NCBI GenBank assembly: GCA_030630065.1 | Contig: DAOVNU010000001.1 | Span: forward strand, 1 to 43,792 | Source: a bacterium | GTDB lineage: Bacteria; Ratteibacteria; UBA8468 | Direction of reading: 5' to 3' | DNA: 43,792 bases | Part shown: positions 32,147-41,057 of the stretch, in pieces | Layout of the letters: every line of letters begins with the position of its first letter | Numbering within the stretch: the first letter of the stretch is position 1 | Translations under genes and position numbers: made by a program | Notes under the pieces: model-generated | Databases searched by the model: none | The model's input: only the letters and a program-made list of their open reading frames with translations | What the model was told of the DNA's origin: nothing

Positions 32147-33191
32147 TTCTTTCCTTGAGCAGTTCTCTCAGGAAAATATTCTCAACGTGGTCATCATTGG
32201 GGTCAGCCCTGTCCAGGCCAGAACTTTTGAGTTCAAGGTATAGGTTACCGCCCGGGGTTTTTTTAATACGGTATTGATAAGGACGACCGTAAGGGTCAAG
32301 GAGATTACTGCCTGGTGTCAGGTAGGGACCTTTCCAGTCAGGGATTCCCGGATTAAGGAGTAATGCCTGTAAACCCTGCTTCCTGGAAGGGTAATGTCCG
32401 GTATCAAGATAGAGTTGAATGAGCGCTCCTTTAAGAACCCGGAAATTCTCCTCCGTCTTTCTGATGCCGCGGCGCTTAAGCCCGCTTTCCCTGACTAATT
32501 TGGATGCCTTTTTAGCCATCTCGGCATGACCGTCGGTGATACTACCGATTGGGCCAATATAGGAAAAGGGAATACTGCTTTTCCATCGTTCCCATTCAGC
32601 GGCTTCCCTTAGCTCCAATAATTTGGGAGGAGTAGGTTTTTTGTTAAAGACTACCGTAGTTGCCATTTTTTCTTTAAGGAGAATATAACCCGGTTCCTCT
32701 CCTCTTCCCCGAACTCCTACCTCTCCTTTGAGCACGGCAATACGGGTGCTATTTTCCTTTAAGGCAACCATAAAGATGGTTCCTCTGACCCCGGCGATGG
32801 CGGTAAAGGTCTCCACCTTAAATCTGGATTCGGTTGTTTTTAGTTTTCCCACCACCGACCAGATTTTTCCTTTCTTTACGTCAAGGCAAATCTTTGTTGT
32901 CTCCTCTTTCTGCTGATACTCTTTAATTTCCAGGGAGGTTTTCTCGTTAAGGGTGGTTGCTCCTTCCTGGCCAAAGGTAAGGATTGCCTCGGAATTTTCC
33001 TCTGTGCGGAGCTGGGAGCCCTCCTGCAGTTTTGTGCTTATGGTGGCTGGCTGCCATTCTTCTTTGGGGGTGGTGCGAAATTGCACCTTTCCTTTTAGTT
33101 TACTTAATTCTCCTGCAGGTAACCGGGTCTCGGCTGCATTTAAGATTCCTGTAAAAAGGAAAACTGTCAAGATTATAATAGCTTTCTTCAT
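32127..33191 (-). CDS. Secreted fusion protein: FecR-type domain plus type II secretion GspG-like (pseudopilin globular) C-terminal domain
   Basis: 354 aa with a Sec-type signal peptide (MKKAIIILTVFLFTGILNA). The FecR core is KVETFTAIAGVRGTIFMV...VLKGEVGV. The C-terminus reads LIQLYLDTGHYPSRKQGLQALLLNPGIPDWKGPYLTPGSNLLDPYGRPYQYRI...SSGLDRADPNDD, like the GspG body but without a prepilin leader or methylation motif. Confidence 0.65.
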   Translation of the reverse strand: MKKAIIILTVFLFTGILNAAETRLPAGELSKLKGKVQFRTTPKEEWQPATISTKLQEGSQLRTEENSEAILTFGQEGATTLNEKTSLEIKEYQQKEETTKICLDVKKGKIWSVVGKLKTTESRFKVETFTAIAGVRGTIFMVALKENSTRIAVLKGEVGVRGRGEEPGYILLKEKMATTVVFNKKPTPPKLLELREAAEWERWKSSIPFSYIGPIGSITDGHAEMAKKASKLVRESGLKRRGIRKTEENFRVLKGALIQLYLDTGHYPSRKQGLQALLLNPGIPDWKGPYLTPGSNLLDPYGRPYQYRIKKTPGGNLYLELKSSGLDRADPNDDHVENIFLRELLKERNEKLSD

Positions 33192-33233
33192 CTTCTACAT
33201 AATACTGCATTCAGAGGCAAAATACAATGTCAA

Positions 33234-33262
33234 TTGACAATTTTGATGAATTGGGGTAAAAT
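33234..33262 (+). promoter_or_regulatory. Sigma70-type promoter of the CheY-like receiver gene
   Basis: TTGACA-attttgatgaattgggg-TAAAAT with a 17-nt spacer, followed by a GAGGAG SD and the ATG at 33287. Confidence 0.65.
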
Positions 33263-33286
33263 TATAGCCAAGAAAGAGGAGAAATT

Positions 33287-33694
33287 ATGGGAATACAGAG
33301 AAGGATTTTGGTGGTGGATGACGAGCCGGCGGTAGTAAAAACCTTGAGCAAGGCAATTCGGCGTCAGGGTTTTGATGTCGTCAGTGCCTCCGATGGAGAG
33401 GAGGCATTGGAGAAGGTAAGAAATAGTAATCCCGATTTAGTGATTCTTGATATTCAGATGCCGAAAGTGGATGGGATTGAGGTTCTGCAGAGAATTAAAG
33501 GAAGTCCTGAAACTGCCTCCCTGCCGGTGATTATGCTTACGGCAAAGGTCGGGGACGAAGACATTCTCAAGGGCTATAAATATGGCGCCAATTACTATAT
33601 TCCCAAGCCCTTTAAGATGATTGAGGTTTTGCAGGGAATTGAGATGATGTTTCGATCTATAGATGAAGAGAAATCCCACCGCTTCAAGATTTAA
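33287..33694 (+). CDS. Single-domain response regulator (CheY-like receiver)
   Basis: 135 aa with ILVVDDEPAVV ... DLVILDIQMPKVDG ... VIMLTAK ... YIPKPF. A GAGGAG SD and a consensus promoter lie upstream. This is the only plus-strand gene. Confidence 0.9.
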   Translation: MGIQRRILVVDDEPAVVKTLSKAIRRQGFDVVSASDGEEALEKVRNSNPDLVILDIQMPKVDGIEVLQRIKGSPETASLPVIMLTAKVGDEDILKGYKYGANYYIPKPFKMIEVLQGIEMMFRSIDEEKSHRFKI

Positions 33695-34910
33695 TTATCT
33701 TCTTCAAATAGGGCAAAGTAATGGTGAAGGTTGTTCCCTTTCCTACCTTTGAGGTGACTTTAATCTTTCCCTGATGTTCCTTAATTATTTTTTCCACTAC
33801 CGCTAAACCAATGCCTGTTCCCTTGGAACCTTTGGTACTGTAGAAAAAACTGAAAATCTTCTTAATTTGCTCTTCCGGAATACCACAACCGGTATCGCTA
33901 ACCTTAATCTGGAAGAGTTTCTTCTTCTTTTCCAAATAGGTTATTATCTCTACCTTTCCGCCTTTTCCTCCCAGAGCATCAAGACCATTACCCACCAGGT
34001 TCAATAAAACCCTTTCCATTCCCTGGGGGTCGATTGAGACCTCATTTAAATGGGAGTCAAAATTGGTAATTAATTTTACCTTTTCCTTCTTTGCTCTCTC
34101 TCTCTGGGAGGCAACAATCTGTTTTATAATTTCGTTGAGGTTAGTGAGACGATAGAGAGGTTTACGTTCCTTGGAATAGTTCAGCATATCTAAAACCAGA
34201 TTGGAAACCTTATCCAGATATTCCTCAGTCGTTTCCCAACCGCTAACAAAGGTTTCCCGATCTTTATCTTCTAAACCGATGTGCACCATTTCCTTTCCCA
34301 TCTCAATACCGGTGAGAAGATTCTTGATATAATGGGAAAGACCGGCAACTGTCTGACCCACAGCGGCTAAACGTTCTGCTTTAAGGTTTTCTGCATATAA
34401 CATAGCATTCTCAATCGCTATTGCCGCTTGAGCGGCGATTGTTTCCATTAAGTTGACATCTTCCTGATTGAATGGTCTTTTATCCTTTTTGTTCAATACC
34501 TCCAGGACACCAATTAATTTTCCTTTGCGCAACAGGGGAGCGGCTAAAACCGACCTGGTGATAAAGCCGCTTCTGCTGTCTGCTCCTTGATAGAAATGAG
34601 AATCTTTGGCAACGTTGGAAACGTTGATAATTTGACGCTTTTTGGCGGAGGCACCGGCAATTCCCTGTCCCAGTTTTAACCTTATTTTCTTTATTCCCTT
34701 TCCTTTCTTACCCAAAGCCACCTCAAAGAAAAGTTCCTTGTTTTCCGGGTCATAAAGCATCAAAGAACTGGCTTCCGCGCACAGAGCTTTTTTACTCTCC
34801 TCCATAATCAATTTCAACAAACGGTGCAGATTGCCGATGGAGGCAATAAATTCATTCACTTTATAGAGCGTTTTAATCTGTTTCTTTAACGAATTTAAAT
34901 CCTGTCTCAT
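33684..34910 (-). CDS. GAF-domain sensor histidine kinase (cytoplasmic)
   Basis: 408 aa with an N-terminal GAF domain, the H-box AAVGQTVAGLSHYIKNLL, and HATPase motifs NLVGNGLDA, DTGCGIP and GTGIGLAVV. Confidence 0.85.
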   Translation of the reverse strand: MRQDLNSLKKQIKTLYKVNEFIASIGNLHRLLKLIMEESKKALCAEASSLMLYDPENKELFFEVALGKKGKGIKKIRLKLGQGIAGASAKKRQIINVSNVAKDSHFYQGADSRSGFITRSVLAAPLLRKGKLIGVLEVLNKKDKRPFNQEDVNLMETIAAQAAIAIENAMLYAENLKAERLAAVGQTVAGLSHYIKNLLTGIEMGKEMVHIGLEDKDRETFVSGWETTEEYLDKVSNLVLDMLNYSKERKPLYRLTNLNEIIKQIVASQRERAKKEKVKLITNFDSHLNEVSIDPQGMERVLLNLVGNGLDALGGKGGKVEIITYLEKKKKLFQIKVSDTGCGIPEEQIKKIFSFFYSTKGSKGTGIGLAVVEKIIKEHQGKIKVTSKVGKGTTFTITLPYLKKIIKS

Positions 34911-34913
34911 TTT

Positions 34914-35819
34914 TTATGGGTTAATTATTGGTATCTGTCCAGGGTACCCATTGATTTTTCCGGGTTGATAAGGGACAGAAGGAAGTTCAGGAGATTGCCA
35001 TCTCCCCGGCTGAACCCCTCCTTTCCATCCTAATGTCTTTATCCTTTTCTTGATTTCTTGCTGTTGCCTGAGAGGTAAAGTTCTATATTTGTCAATTTCC
35101 TCTCGCAGTTTTTCTCTTTTAAAAGGACTCAAACCCTGCCACCATTCCTTTGTTTGTTTTCTCCTTGCCTCTAAATAAATAAATCTTTCTTTCCAGATAG
35201 TCGTACTTTTTGATAATCCATATGGGATTTGGGGAATCCGGTAAGGAAGGACAGAGGTTTCATAATTACTGGGAACCAAAAATTCTTTGGTCACGGTACC
35301 TTCCCGGGTAATTCCTCTTACTTCTACCTTTCCTTTGAAGACGGCAATTAGGGTCTTTTCGTCTTTTATCTCTACCATAAATCCTGTTCCCCGCGCCCCA
35401 GCCACCGCTGTGGGAGTGCGGATTTCAAACTTAGAAAGCGGAAAGGGAATGGTCTCAATCTCAGCCAAAACCCTTCCCATTTCTAATTTTAGCGCCGATT
35501 CCTTAGAATTATCTTCTCTAATTTTTATTTTCTGAATCTTCAGGAGAGAATCTTCCGAAAGTTCCACAATATTCTCATAATCAAATGTTATCTCAGCGGA
35601 GGAATCCTCCTTCGTCTGGACCTTGTCCCCTTCAAAGAGAAATAACCCCTCTTTTGCTGCTTGCCAGGTTGTCTGCTCCTTTTCCTGAATCAGCACCTCT
35701 CCCTGAAATGCAGAAAGGACGGCAATCTGCTCTTTCTCACTTTGGACTTCCTCCGGACATGCTGAACCTGTCAGAAAGAGTATAAGGAGAAACGCTAAAC
35801 CTTCTGTTTTAACCTTCAC
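34914..35819 (-). CDS. Secreted FecR-domain protein
   Basis: 301 aa with a signal peptide and the FecR core IRTPTAVAGARGTGFMV...VFKGKVEV. The C-terminal tail is basic and proline-rich. Confidence 0.7.
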   Translation of the reverse strand: MKVKTEGLAFLLILFLTGSACPEEVQSEKEQIAVLSAFQGEVLIQEKEQTTWQAAKEGLFLFEGDKVQTKEDSSAEITFDYENIVELSEDSLLKIQKIKIREDNSKESALKLEMGRVLAEIETIPFPLSKFEIRTPTAVAGARGTGFMVEIKDEKTLIAVFKGKVEVRGITREGTVTKEFLVPSNYETSVLPYRIPQIPYGLSKSTTIWKERFIYLEARRKQTKEWWQGLSPFKREKLREEIDKYRTLPLRQQQEIKKRIKTLGWKGGVQPGRWQSPELPSVPYQPGKINGYPGQIPIINP

Positions 35820-37807
35820 AACAATCTATTGATTTTATAAACAGCAATGGGATTTTTCTTTCCCCGAACAGTTATTGGTTCCATCTTCCGGCAGTCCACT
35901 AAATTCTTCACTAAGGAATAAGTATTTCCACTAATGATAATCTCTCCTTCAGCCGCAATCTCCTCCAGACGCGCCGTTAAGTTCACCGCATCGCCGATGG
36001 CGGTATAGTCCATCCGCTCGGGTGAGCCGATGTTGCCGATGATTACCTCCCCGGTATTAATGGCAATTCCCGCCTCAATTTTTCTACCAATTAATGCAAG
36101 CCATTTCTGCTCAATCTTTTTGATTTCCTGCTGGATTTCAACTGCGGTGCGAACCGCTGCCTCCGCATGGTTAGGTTGCGGAAGCGGAGCGCCAAAGACC
36201 GCCATCACACAGTCCCCGATGAATTTATCCAGAGTTCCCCGATATTTGAAGATTGCTTTTACCATTATGGTTAATGCCTCATTAAGAATCTCCACGACCT
36301 TCTCCGGCTCTAAATTTTCAGAGATTTTAGTGAACCCCCGGATATCGGCAAAGAGAATGGTTAATTCCTTCTTCTCACCCCCTAAGGTAACCTCTCCGGG
36401 TGAGGTTAACAATTTATTAATAATTTCCGGAGCGGTATAACGAGAGAAGAGCGATTTAATCCGCATCTTTTCTCTACTTTCAAAGACAAAACGATAGAGA
36501 ATAGTTGCAAGGTATGCCAGGAAAATCACCAGAAGCGGAGCGACGAGAGCAATCCAGATTCCCGGGGATTTAAATAACCAAAAAGCAAGGAAGAAGTAGA
36601 CAAGAGCAATCCCCAGAGTTAATAATATTCCCTTGAAAGCATTTAGCCGGGGGATAATTGTACCCAGCAGAAGCCCTAGGAAAATAAGAACCAGAAAATT
36701 AATTGGTCTTTTTACCTGTCGCAGAAAATTTCCTTTAAGGATATTGCTGACTACACTGGCGTGCACCCCGACCATTGGATATTTTGCAGAAACAGGAGTG
36801 GGCCGCAAATCTACCGTTCCGGTAGCTACGTATCCAATTAGAACTACCTTACCTTTTAACTCCGAAAGGGGAACAATCGGTTTTTCTCCTTTTTTGAGTT
36901 GAAGATAGGACTGGAGAACCTGAACAAAGGAATATGCCGGGAATTCCTGGATGTCTCCCGGGAAGTTGATGAGCATACAACCCTTTTTGTCAATGGGTAT
37001 TTTAATTTTGTTGGGTAGAATCACCTCTTTACCGGGAAGAACCTTAAGCGATTTCAGGGGAACATTAAGCTCTTCGCAGGCGAGCACAAGACCCAGAGTT
37101 GGATAAAGCCGTTCACTTGACCTGATAAAGAGAGGAATTCTTCTGCTGGTTCCATCGCTATCAGGTGGAAGGTTAATCATTCCCAGCCCTTTTGCGGCAT
37201 AAGCGAGATTTTCAATTGGCAGGGAGGCGGATGAAGAATGGTAGAATTGACCACTCCCGGCAGGGGCAGGAAGAGAAAATCTTTTTAATCTTTTTTCGGA
37301 GAGAAATTTTCCTTCTTCTCCGGGAAGTTTGAATTGAGAGAGTTCAAAGAAGAAGGTATGATAAACGTTGCCGGCATTTTTTGTTGTTTGGACCAGAAAA
37401 TTATCACATTCCGGATGCTCCGAGGGGTCCAAAAAGAGAATGTCAAAACCAATGGCTTTAACTCCCCTCTCTTTAAGAATTTGAATCAACGTTGCATAAT
37501 AATCCCTGGTCCAGGGCCAACAGCCGATAGCTTTGATATCCCTGTCTTCAATAAAGATAATGGCAATTTCCGGGCTGGGTTTGCGGGGACCACGAAGTTT
37601 AAAACGAAGGTCAAGAGTGGTTAATTCGGACTTTTCCAGAAGAGGAGTGAGAGAGACAAGAATTACGAAAAGAGCAGCAAAAAATCCAATCCAGATTCCA
37701 GTTAATCGCGGTTGGTTCTTCTTTCGGAAGATTTTAAGGGGTTTCATCCAATTCTTCCACAATTCGGTTGCGAACTTTACCCAAAACCTCTTTTGTTGCG
37801 ATATCAA
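35816..37807 (-). CDS. CHASE2-domain membrane receptor adenylate/guanylate cyclase (class III)
   Basis: 663 aa with an N-terminal TM segment, a periplasmic CHASE2 region, three to four TM segments and a cyclase domain (LTILFADIRGFTKISE ... KFIGDCVMAVFGAP ... IGDAVNLTARLE). The true start may be the internal ATG at 37747 (MKPLKIF...), which reduces the overlap with the upstream gene to 14 nt. Confidence 0.85.
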   Translation of the reverse strand: MISQQKRFWVKFATELWKNWMKPLKIFRKKNQPRLTGIWIGFFAALFVILVSLTPLLEKSELTTLDLRFKLRGPRKPSPEIAIIFIEDRDIKAIGCWPWTRDYYATLIQILKERGVKAIGFDILFLDPSEHPECDNFLVQTTKNAGNVYHTFFFELSQFKLPGEEGKFLSEKRLKRFSLPAPAGSGQFYHSSSASLPIENLAYAAKGLGMINLPPDSDGTSRRIPLFIRSSERLYPTLGLVLACEELNVPLKSLKVLPGKEVILPNKIKIPIDKKGCMLINFPGDIQEFPAYSFVQVLQSYLQLKKGEKPIVPLSELKGKVVLIGYVATGTVDLRPTPVSAKYPMVGVHASVVSNILKGNFLRQVKRPINFLVLIFLGLLLGTIIPRLNAFKGILLTLGIALVYFFLAFWLFKSPGIWIALVAPLLVIFLAYLATILYRFVFESREKMRIKSLFSRYTAPEIINKLLTSPGEVTLGGEKKELTILFADIRGFTKISENLEPEKVVEILNEALTIMVKAIFKYRGTLDKFIGDCVMAVFGAPLPQPNHAEAAVRTAVEIQQEIKKIEQKWLALIGRKIEAGIAINTGEVIIGNIGSPERMDYTAIGDAVNLTARLEEIAAEGEIIISGNTYSLVKNLVDCRKMEPITVRGKKNPIAVYKINRLL

Positions 37808-38393
37808 GGAGTTTCAATCGGTGGCGGAGACCGCGTTTATAACGGGCAAGGTTGAGAAGACCTGTAGGTAACTTTAAATTTTTGTCAACGTTGAATTCTT
37901 CGTCGAAGATTGGTTCATCGGAATTTTCGGGAAATAGTTTTACCCGCATTGAAAGGGCGATGACGAATTTATCCTTTGCCCATAGTGTAAAGACATTACC
38001 CAGATAGGGGATAAGGGTGGATTTATTCAGTTTAATCACCTCCTGAAAATGCAGGAGTTCCCCTTCAAGCCGATAGTCAGTGGGTTCTTGTTTTACCTTA
38101 AAGCCGTAAGCCATCAATTCCCTGGTGAGTTGTTGGGAGATGAGTACTGCCGGCGGTTGGGCAAAATCTTTGTCCTTGGTGCTGAAAACCAAAAATTCTC
38201 CTTTTAGACCCTCTCTCTCTTCCATAGGTCTTTTGTCGGTAAAGGTTAAAACCGAAATGGTAAAGGGCTTTTCAATTTTCTGCTCCGGTGCCTCAATTTC
38301 ATACTTAATTGTGTGCGGAGCGGTTGCACACCCGGCTAAAAACGCTAAACCAACGAACAAAATGACGCTTCGTAATATTTTTAATTTCTTCAT
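37734..38393 (-). CDS. Lipoprotein, candidate Mla/MCE-associated auxiliary lipoprotein (PqiC/YmbA-like position)
   Basis: 219 aa with a signal peptide and lipobox (LAFLAGC). The gene follows the MCE gene with a 4-nt overlap. The functional call rests on gene position only. Confidence 0.45.
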   Translation of the reverse strand: MKKLKILRSVILFVGLAFLAGCATAPHTIKYEIEAPEQKIEKPFTISVLTFTDKRPMEEREGLKGEFLVFSTKDKDFAQPPAVLISQQLTRELMAYGFKVKQEPTDYRLEGELLHFQEVIKLNKSTLIPYLGNVFTLWAKDKFVIALSMRVKLFPENSDEPIFDEEFNVDKNLKLPTGLLNLARYKRGLRHRLKLLDIATKEVLGKVRNRIVEELDETP

Positions 38394-39124
38394 GGTAATC
38401 TCCTCAATTTTTCTGCTTCCGTTTTTTTCTTCTTGCGTTCCCTGGCTTTCCAGATAAGTCGACTGGGATTCTTCTTGATGATTGCGCTGAACTCCTTGGC
38501 ATTGACCGCAGTATCCTTTAAGTTCTTGATGATTTCCCGAATGTCCTCTCTGTTTTCTTCCATTATTTCGTTGACATTTTTCAGTAATAGAGAAAGTTCG
38601 GCGACATCGAACTTTTCAGCGAGTAAGCGAAATCTATCCGAGGTTGCTTTGATGGAAAGGATTGTTGCCGCGATACTGTCCCCCAAGCCACCGGCGGTAT
38701 TGATAATTTCCTGGATGTCCAGCGGTTCCTTTGCCTGGATAATACCTCCGGGAGGAAGGGTAGGACTATTTCTGGAACCCGGGGTAATGGCTAAACACTT
38801 TAAACCAATTACTCCGGTTGCTATAATTTCCGCAAGAGAATCCTCTTTGACCTCCACGTTTGCAGGAAGATTGATGGCAATTTCAACCTGCTTATCCTTC
38901 CCGGGAGTGATGATAATTGAGTCGATGTGTCCCATCTTATGACCGGCAAAGGTAACCGGAGCGCCTTCTTCCAATTGAGCAATTGACTTGAAATAAATTT
39001 TATAACGGAATTCCTTTTTAAAAAGGTTCAAGCCGCCAACGAGAAAAAGAAGGGTGAGCAGGATTAAGAGGCAAATTACAATCATTACTCCCGATTTAAT
39101 CTCCGATTTCAGATATTCAGCCAT
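38390..39124 (-). CDS. mlaD: MlaD/MCE-domain protein (substrate-binding component of Mla-type ABC transporter)
   Basis: 244 aa with an N-terminal TM anchor, then YFKSIAQLEEGAPVTFAGHKMGHIDSI ... LAEIIATGVIGLKCLAITPG. Confidence 0.8.
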   Translation of the reverse strand: MAEYLKSEIKSGVMIVICLLILLTLLFLVGGLNLFKKEFRYKIYFKSIAQLEEGAPVTFAGHKMGHIDSIIITPGKDKQVEIAINLPANVEVKEDSLAEIIATGVIGLKCLAITPGSRNSPTLPPGGIIQAKEPLDIQEIINTAGGLGDSIAATILSIKATSDRFRLLAEKFDVAELSLLLKNVNEIMEENREDIREIIKNLKDTAVNAKEFSAIIKKNPSRLIWKARERKKKKTEAEKLRRLP

Positions 39125-39143
39125 AATTTTCTCTCCTATATTT

Positions 39144-39923
39144 TTACGTTAAACTTTCTAAGTACTCCTTGCCGCTGCGCTGCCGAGTGAGTGGCCCCTC
39201 AGGGGAACCGTTAATAAATTGTTGCACAACCTCATTCTGAGAATTTTTAATTTCGGAGATTGTTCCATCGGCAATAATTTTCCCCTGATGCACCATCGCA
39301 ATTTTATCGGCAATTGTGAAGGCACTTTCCATCTCATGAGTTACCACAATGGAGGTTATGTTTAATTTTTTGCTTAAATCCGCAATTAATTTGTCAATAA
39401 CGGAACGGGTAACAGGGTCCAGACCTGCGCCCGGCTCATCGTAGAATACGACCTGGGGGTCAAGAGCAATCGCTCTTGCTAATGCAACCCTCTTTTTCAT
39501 CCCCCCGCTGATCTGGGAAGGGAAAAGTTCGTTGAAACCGGTGAGACCGACAAGTTCCAACTTCATTTTTACCACTATTTCAATAATTTTGTTATCCAAT
39601 TTGGTATGTTCCCTTAAGGGGAGGGCAACGTTTTCGCCGACACTCATTGAGTTAAAGAGTGCCCCGCTTTGATAGAGCATACCGAATTTTTTTCTCATCT
39701 TGTCCAGAGAATTTTCATCCATTTTTGTGATGTCCTTCCCCTCGATGAGGATTTCACCATTATCGGGTTTCAAGGCGCCAATCAGATGTTTCAAGAGCGT
39801 GCTTTTACCGCAACCGCTGCCCCCCATAATTACGGTGATTTTTCCCTTTTCTATCTTCAGATTGATGTTCTCCAGAACCTTGCGCTTCCCAAAAGTTTTA
39901 GATAAATCTTTTATAGTAATCAT
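39144..39923 (-). CDS. mlaF: Mla-type ABC transporter ATP-binding protein
   Basis: 259 aa with Walker A GGSGCGKST, the signature ISGGMKKRVALARA and Walker B VVFYDEPGAGLD. Confidence 0.85.
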   Translation of the reverse strand: MITIKDLSKTFGKRKVLENINLKIEKGKITVIMGGSGCGKSTLLKHLIGALKPDNGEILIEGKDITKMDENSLDKMRKKFGMLYQSGALFNSMSVGENVALPLREHTKLDNKIIEIVVKMKLELVGLTGFNELFPSQISGGMKKRVALARAIALDPQVVFYDEPGAGLDPVTRSVIDKLIADLSKKLNITSIVVTHEMESAFTIADKIAMVHQGKIIADGTISEIKNSQNEVVQQFINGSPEGPLTRQRSGKEYLESLT

Positions 39924-40714
39924 ATAAAATAGAACAAAGCATTAAGAACACAATCGGTAATAATAATCAAAAAAATTGAGGTAACAACCGAGGTTGTTGT
40001 CGACTTTCCTACTCCCTCGGCTCCCCCGGCAACAATGAACCCCTGATAACAACCAACCATTCCGATAATCCCGGCAAAAAATACGCTCTTGGTAAGTCCG
40101 GTAACGATGTCTTTTACTTCCATCGCCTTAAAGGTCTGTGAAAAATAGTAAAAAGTATCAATTCCTAAACTGAATTTGGCAATCAGATAACCTCCTAAAA
40201 TTCCCGTAGTATTGGCAACAATAACCAGGCAGGGAAGCATAATCAGGATGGCAAGAAGTCGGGGAGCAATGAGAAAACGCACCGGTTTGATGGCCATTGT
40301 CTCCAGAGCATCTATTTCTTCGGAAACCTTCATCGTACCCAGTTCTGCTGTCATTGCGGCTCCTACCCTTGCCGCGACCACAATGCCCGTGAGTAGGGAA
40401 CCAATTTCCCTGGTGAAACTCACTCCCACTAAAGCCCCTACCAGAACTTCTGCCTGGAAGATTTTCAACTGGTAAGCGGTAAGCATTGCCAGGGTGATGC
40501 CAAAGAAAAAAGAGACAAAAGCAACAATGGGCAGTGATTTTACCCCGATTAATTCTAATTGCTGGGAGAGGTATTTTCTGCTTACAGGTTTACCTTTAAA
40601 GGGAGCAATGAAAACCCAGTAAAGCGCTTGTTGAAAGAGAGAGGAGATACTGCTTAGATGTCTTAAGGAAAGGTTAAAACTCTGCCCCAGATAACCACAG
40701 AAATTTTTCATCAT
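39920..40714 (-). CDS. mlaE: Mla-type ABC transporter permease
   Basis: 264 aa with FTREIGSLLTGIVVAARVGAAMTAELGTMKVSEEIDALETMAI, which is diagnostic for MlaE/Ttg2B. Confidence 0.85.
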   Translation of the reverse strand: MMKNFCGYLGQSFNLSLRHLSSISSLFQQALYWVFIAPFKGKPVSRKYLSQQLELIGVKSLPIVAFVSFFFGITLAMLTAYQLKIFQAEVLVGALVGVSFTREIGSLLTGIVVAARVGAAMTAELGTMKVSEEIDALETMAIKPVRFLIAPRLLAILIMLPCLVIVANTTGILGGYLIAKFSLGIDTFYYFSQTFKAMEVKDIVTGLTKSVFFAGIIGMVGCYQGFIVAGGAEGVGKSTTTSVVTSIFLIIITDCVLNALFYFI

Positions 40715-40724
40715 TAGGGGGTTA

Positions 40725-41057
40725 TTAAAACGATTTCAAGGCCTCCTGCTCATCAGGATAAATGGAAAAAACGTTTATTAATTTGGAGACCTCAAAGATA
40801 TCCTTAACCGTTTGATTTAACCCGCTAAGTTTTAATTTACCGCCATATTTATTCATCTTTTGCATCAATTCAATCAGGGTAGCCAGACCGGAACTATCGA
40901 TATAAGTCACCCTAACAAGATTCACCAATATTGCTTCTTTCTTCTGGTTGGTCAGGTTGCCAAACCTTTCCCGCATTGCCGAGGAATTATAAAAATCAAC
41001 CTCTCCCGACGGTTCGATAATAACTATATCCTTTTCCGTTCTTTCTTTTATTTTCAT
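40725..41057 (-). CDS. STAS-domain protein (anti-sigma-factor antagonist, SpoIIAA/RsbV-like; possibly MlaB-like)
   Basis: 110 aa with VTYIDSSGLATLIEL, which carries the conserved phosphorylatable serine context. It lies 10 nt upstream of mlaE. Confidence 0.85.
   Translation of the reverse strand: MKIKERTEKDIVIIEPSGEVDFYNSSAMRERFGNLTNQKKEAILVNLVRVTYIDSSGLATLIELMQKMNKYGGKLKLSGLNQTVKDIFEVSKLINVFSIYPDEQEALKSF

Noticed and set aside
38433-38942. 169-aa plus-strand ORF. Similar plus-strand ORFs occur at 36030..36440, 10650..11081, 1780..2169 and 3260..3595
   Set aside because: All lie antisense within strongly supported minus-strand genes (MlaD, cyclase, F5/8, methyltransferase::GT9, GT9). Their translations are Ser/Pro/Phe-rich with no motifs, so I treat them as shadow ORFs.
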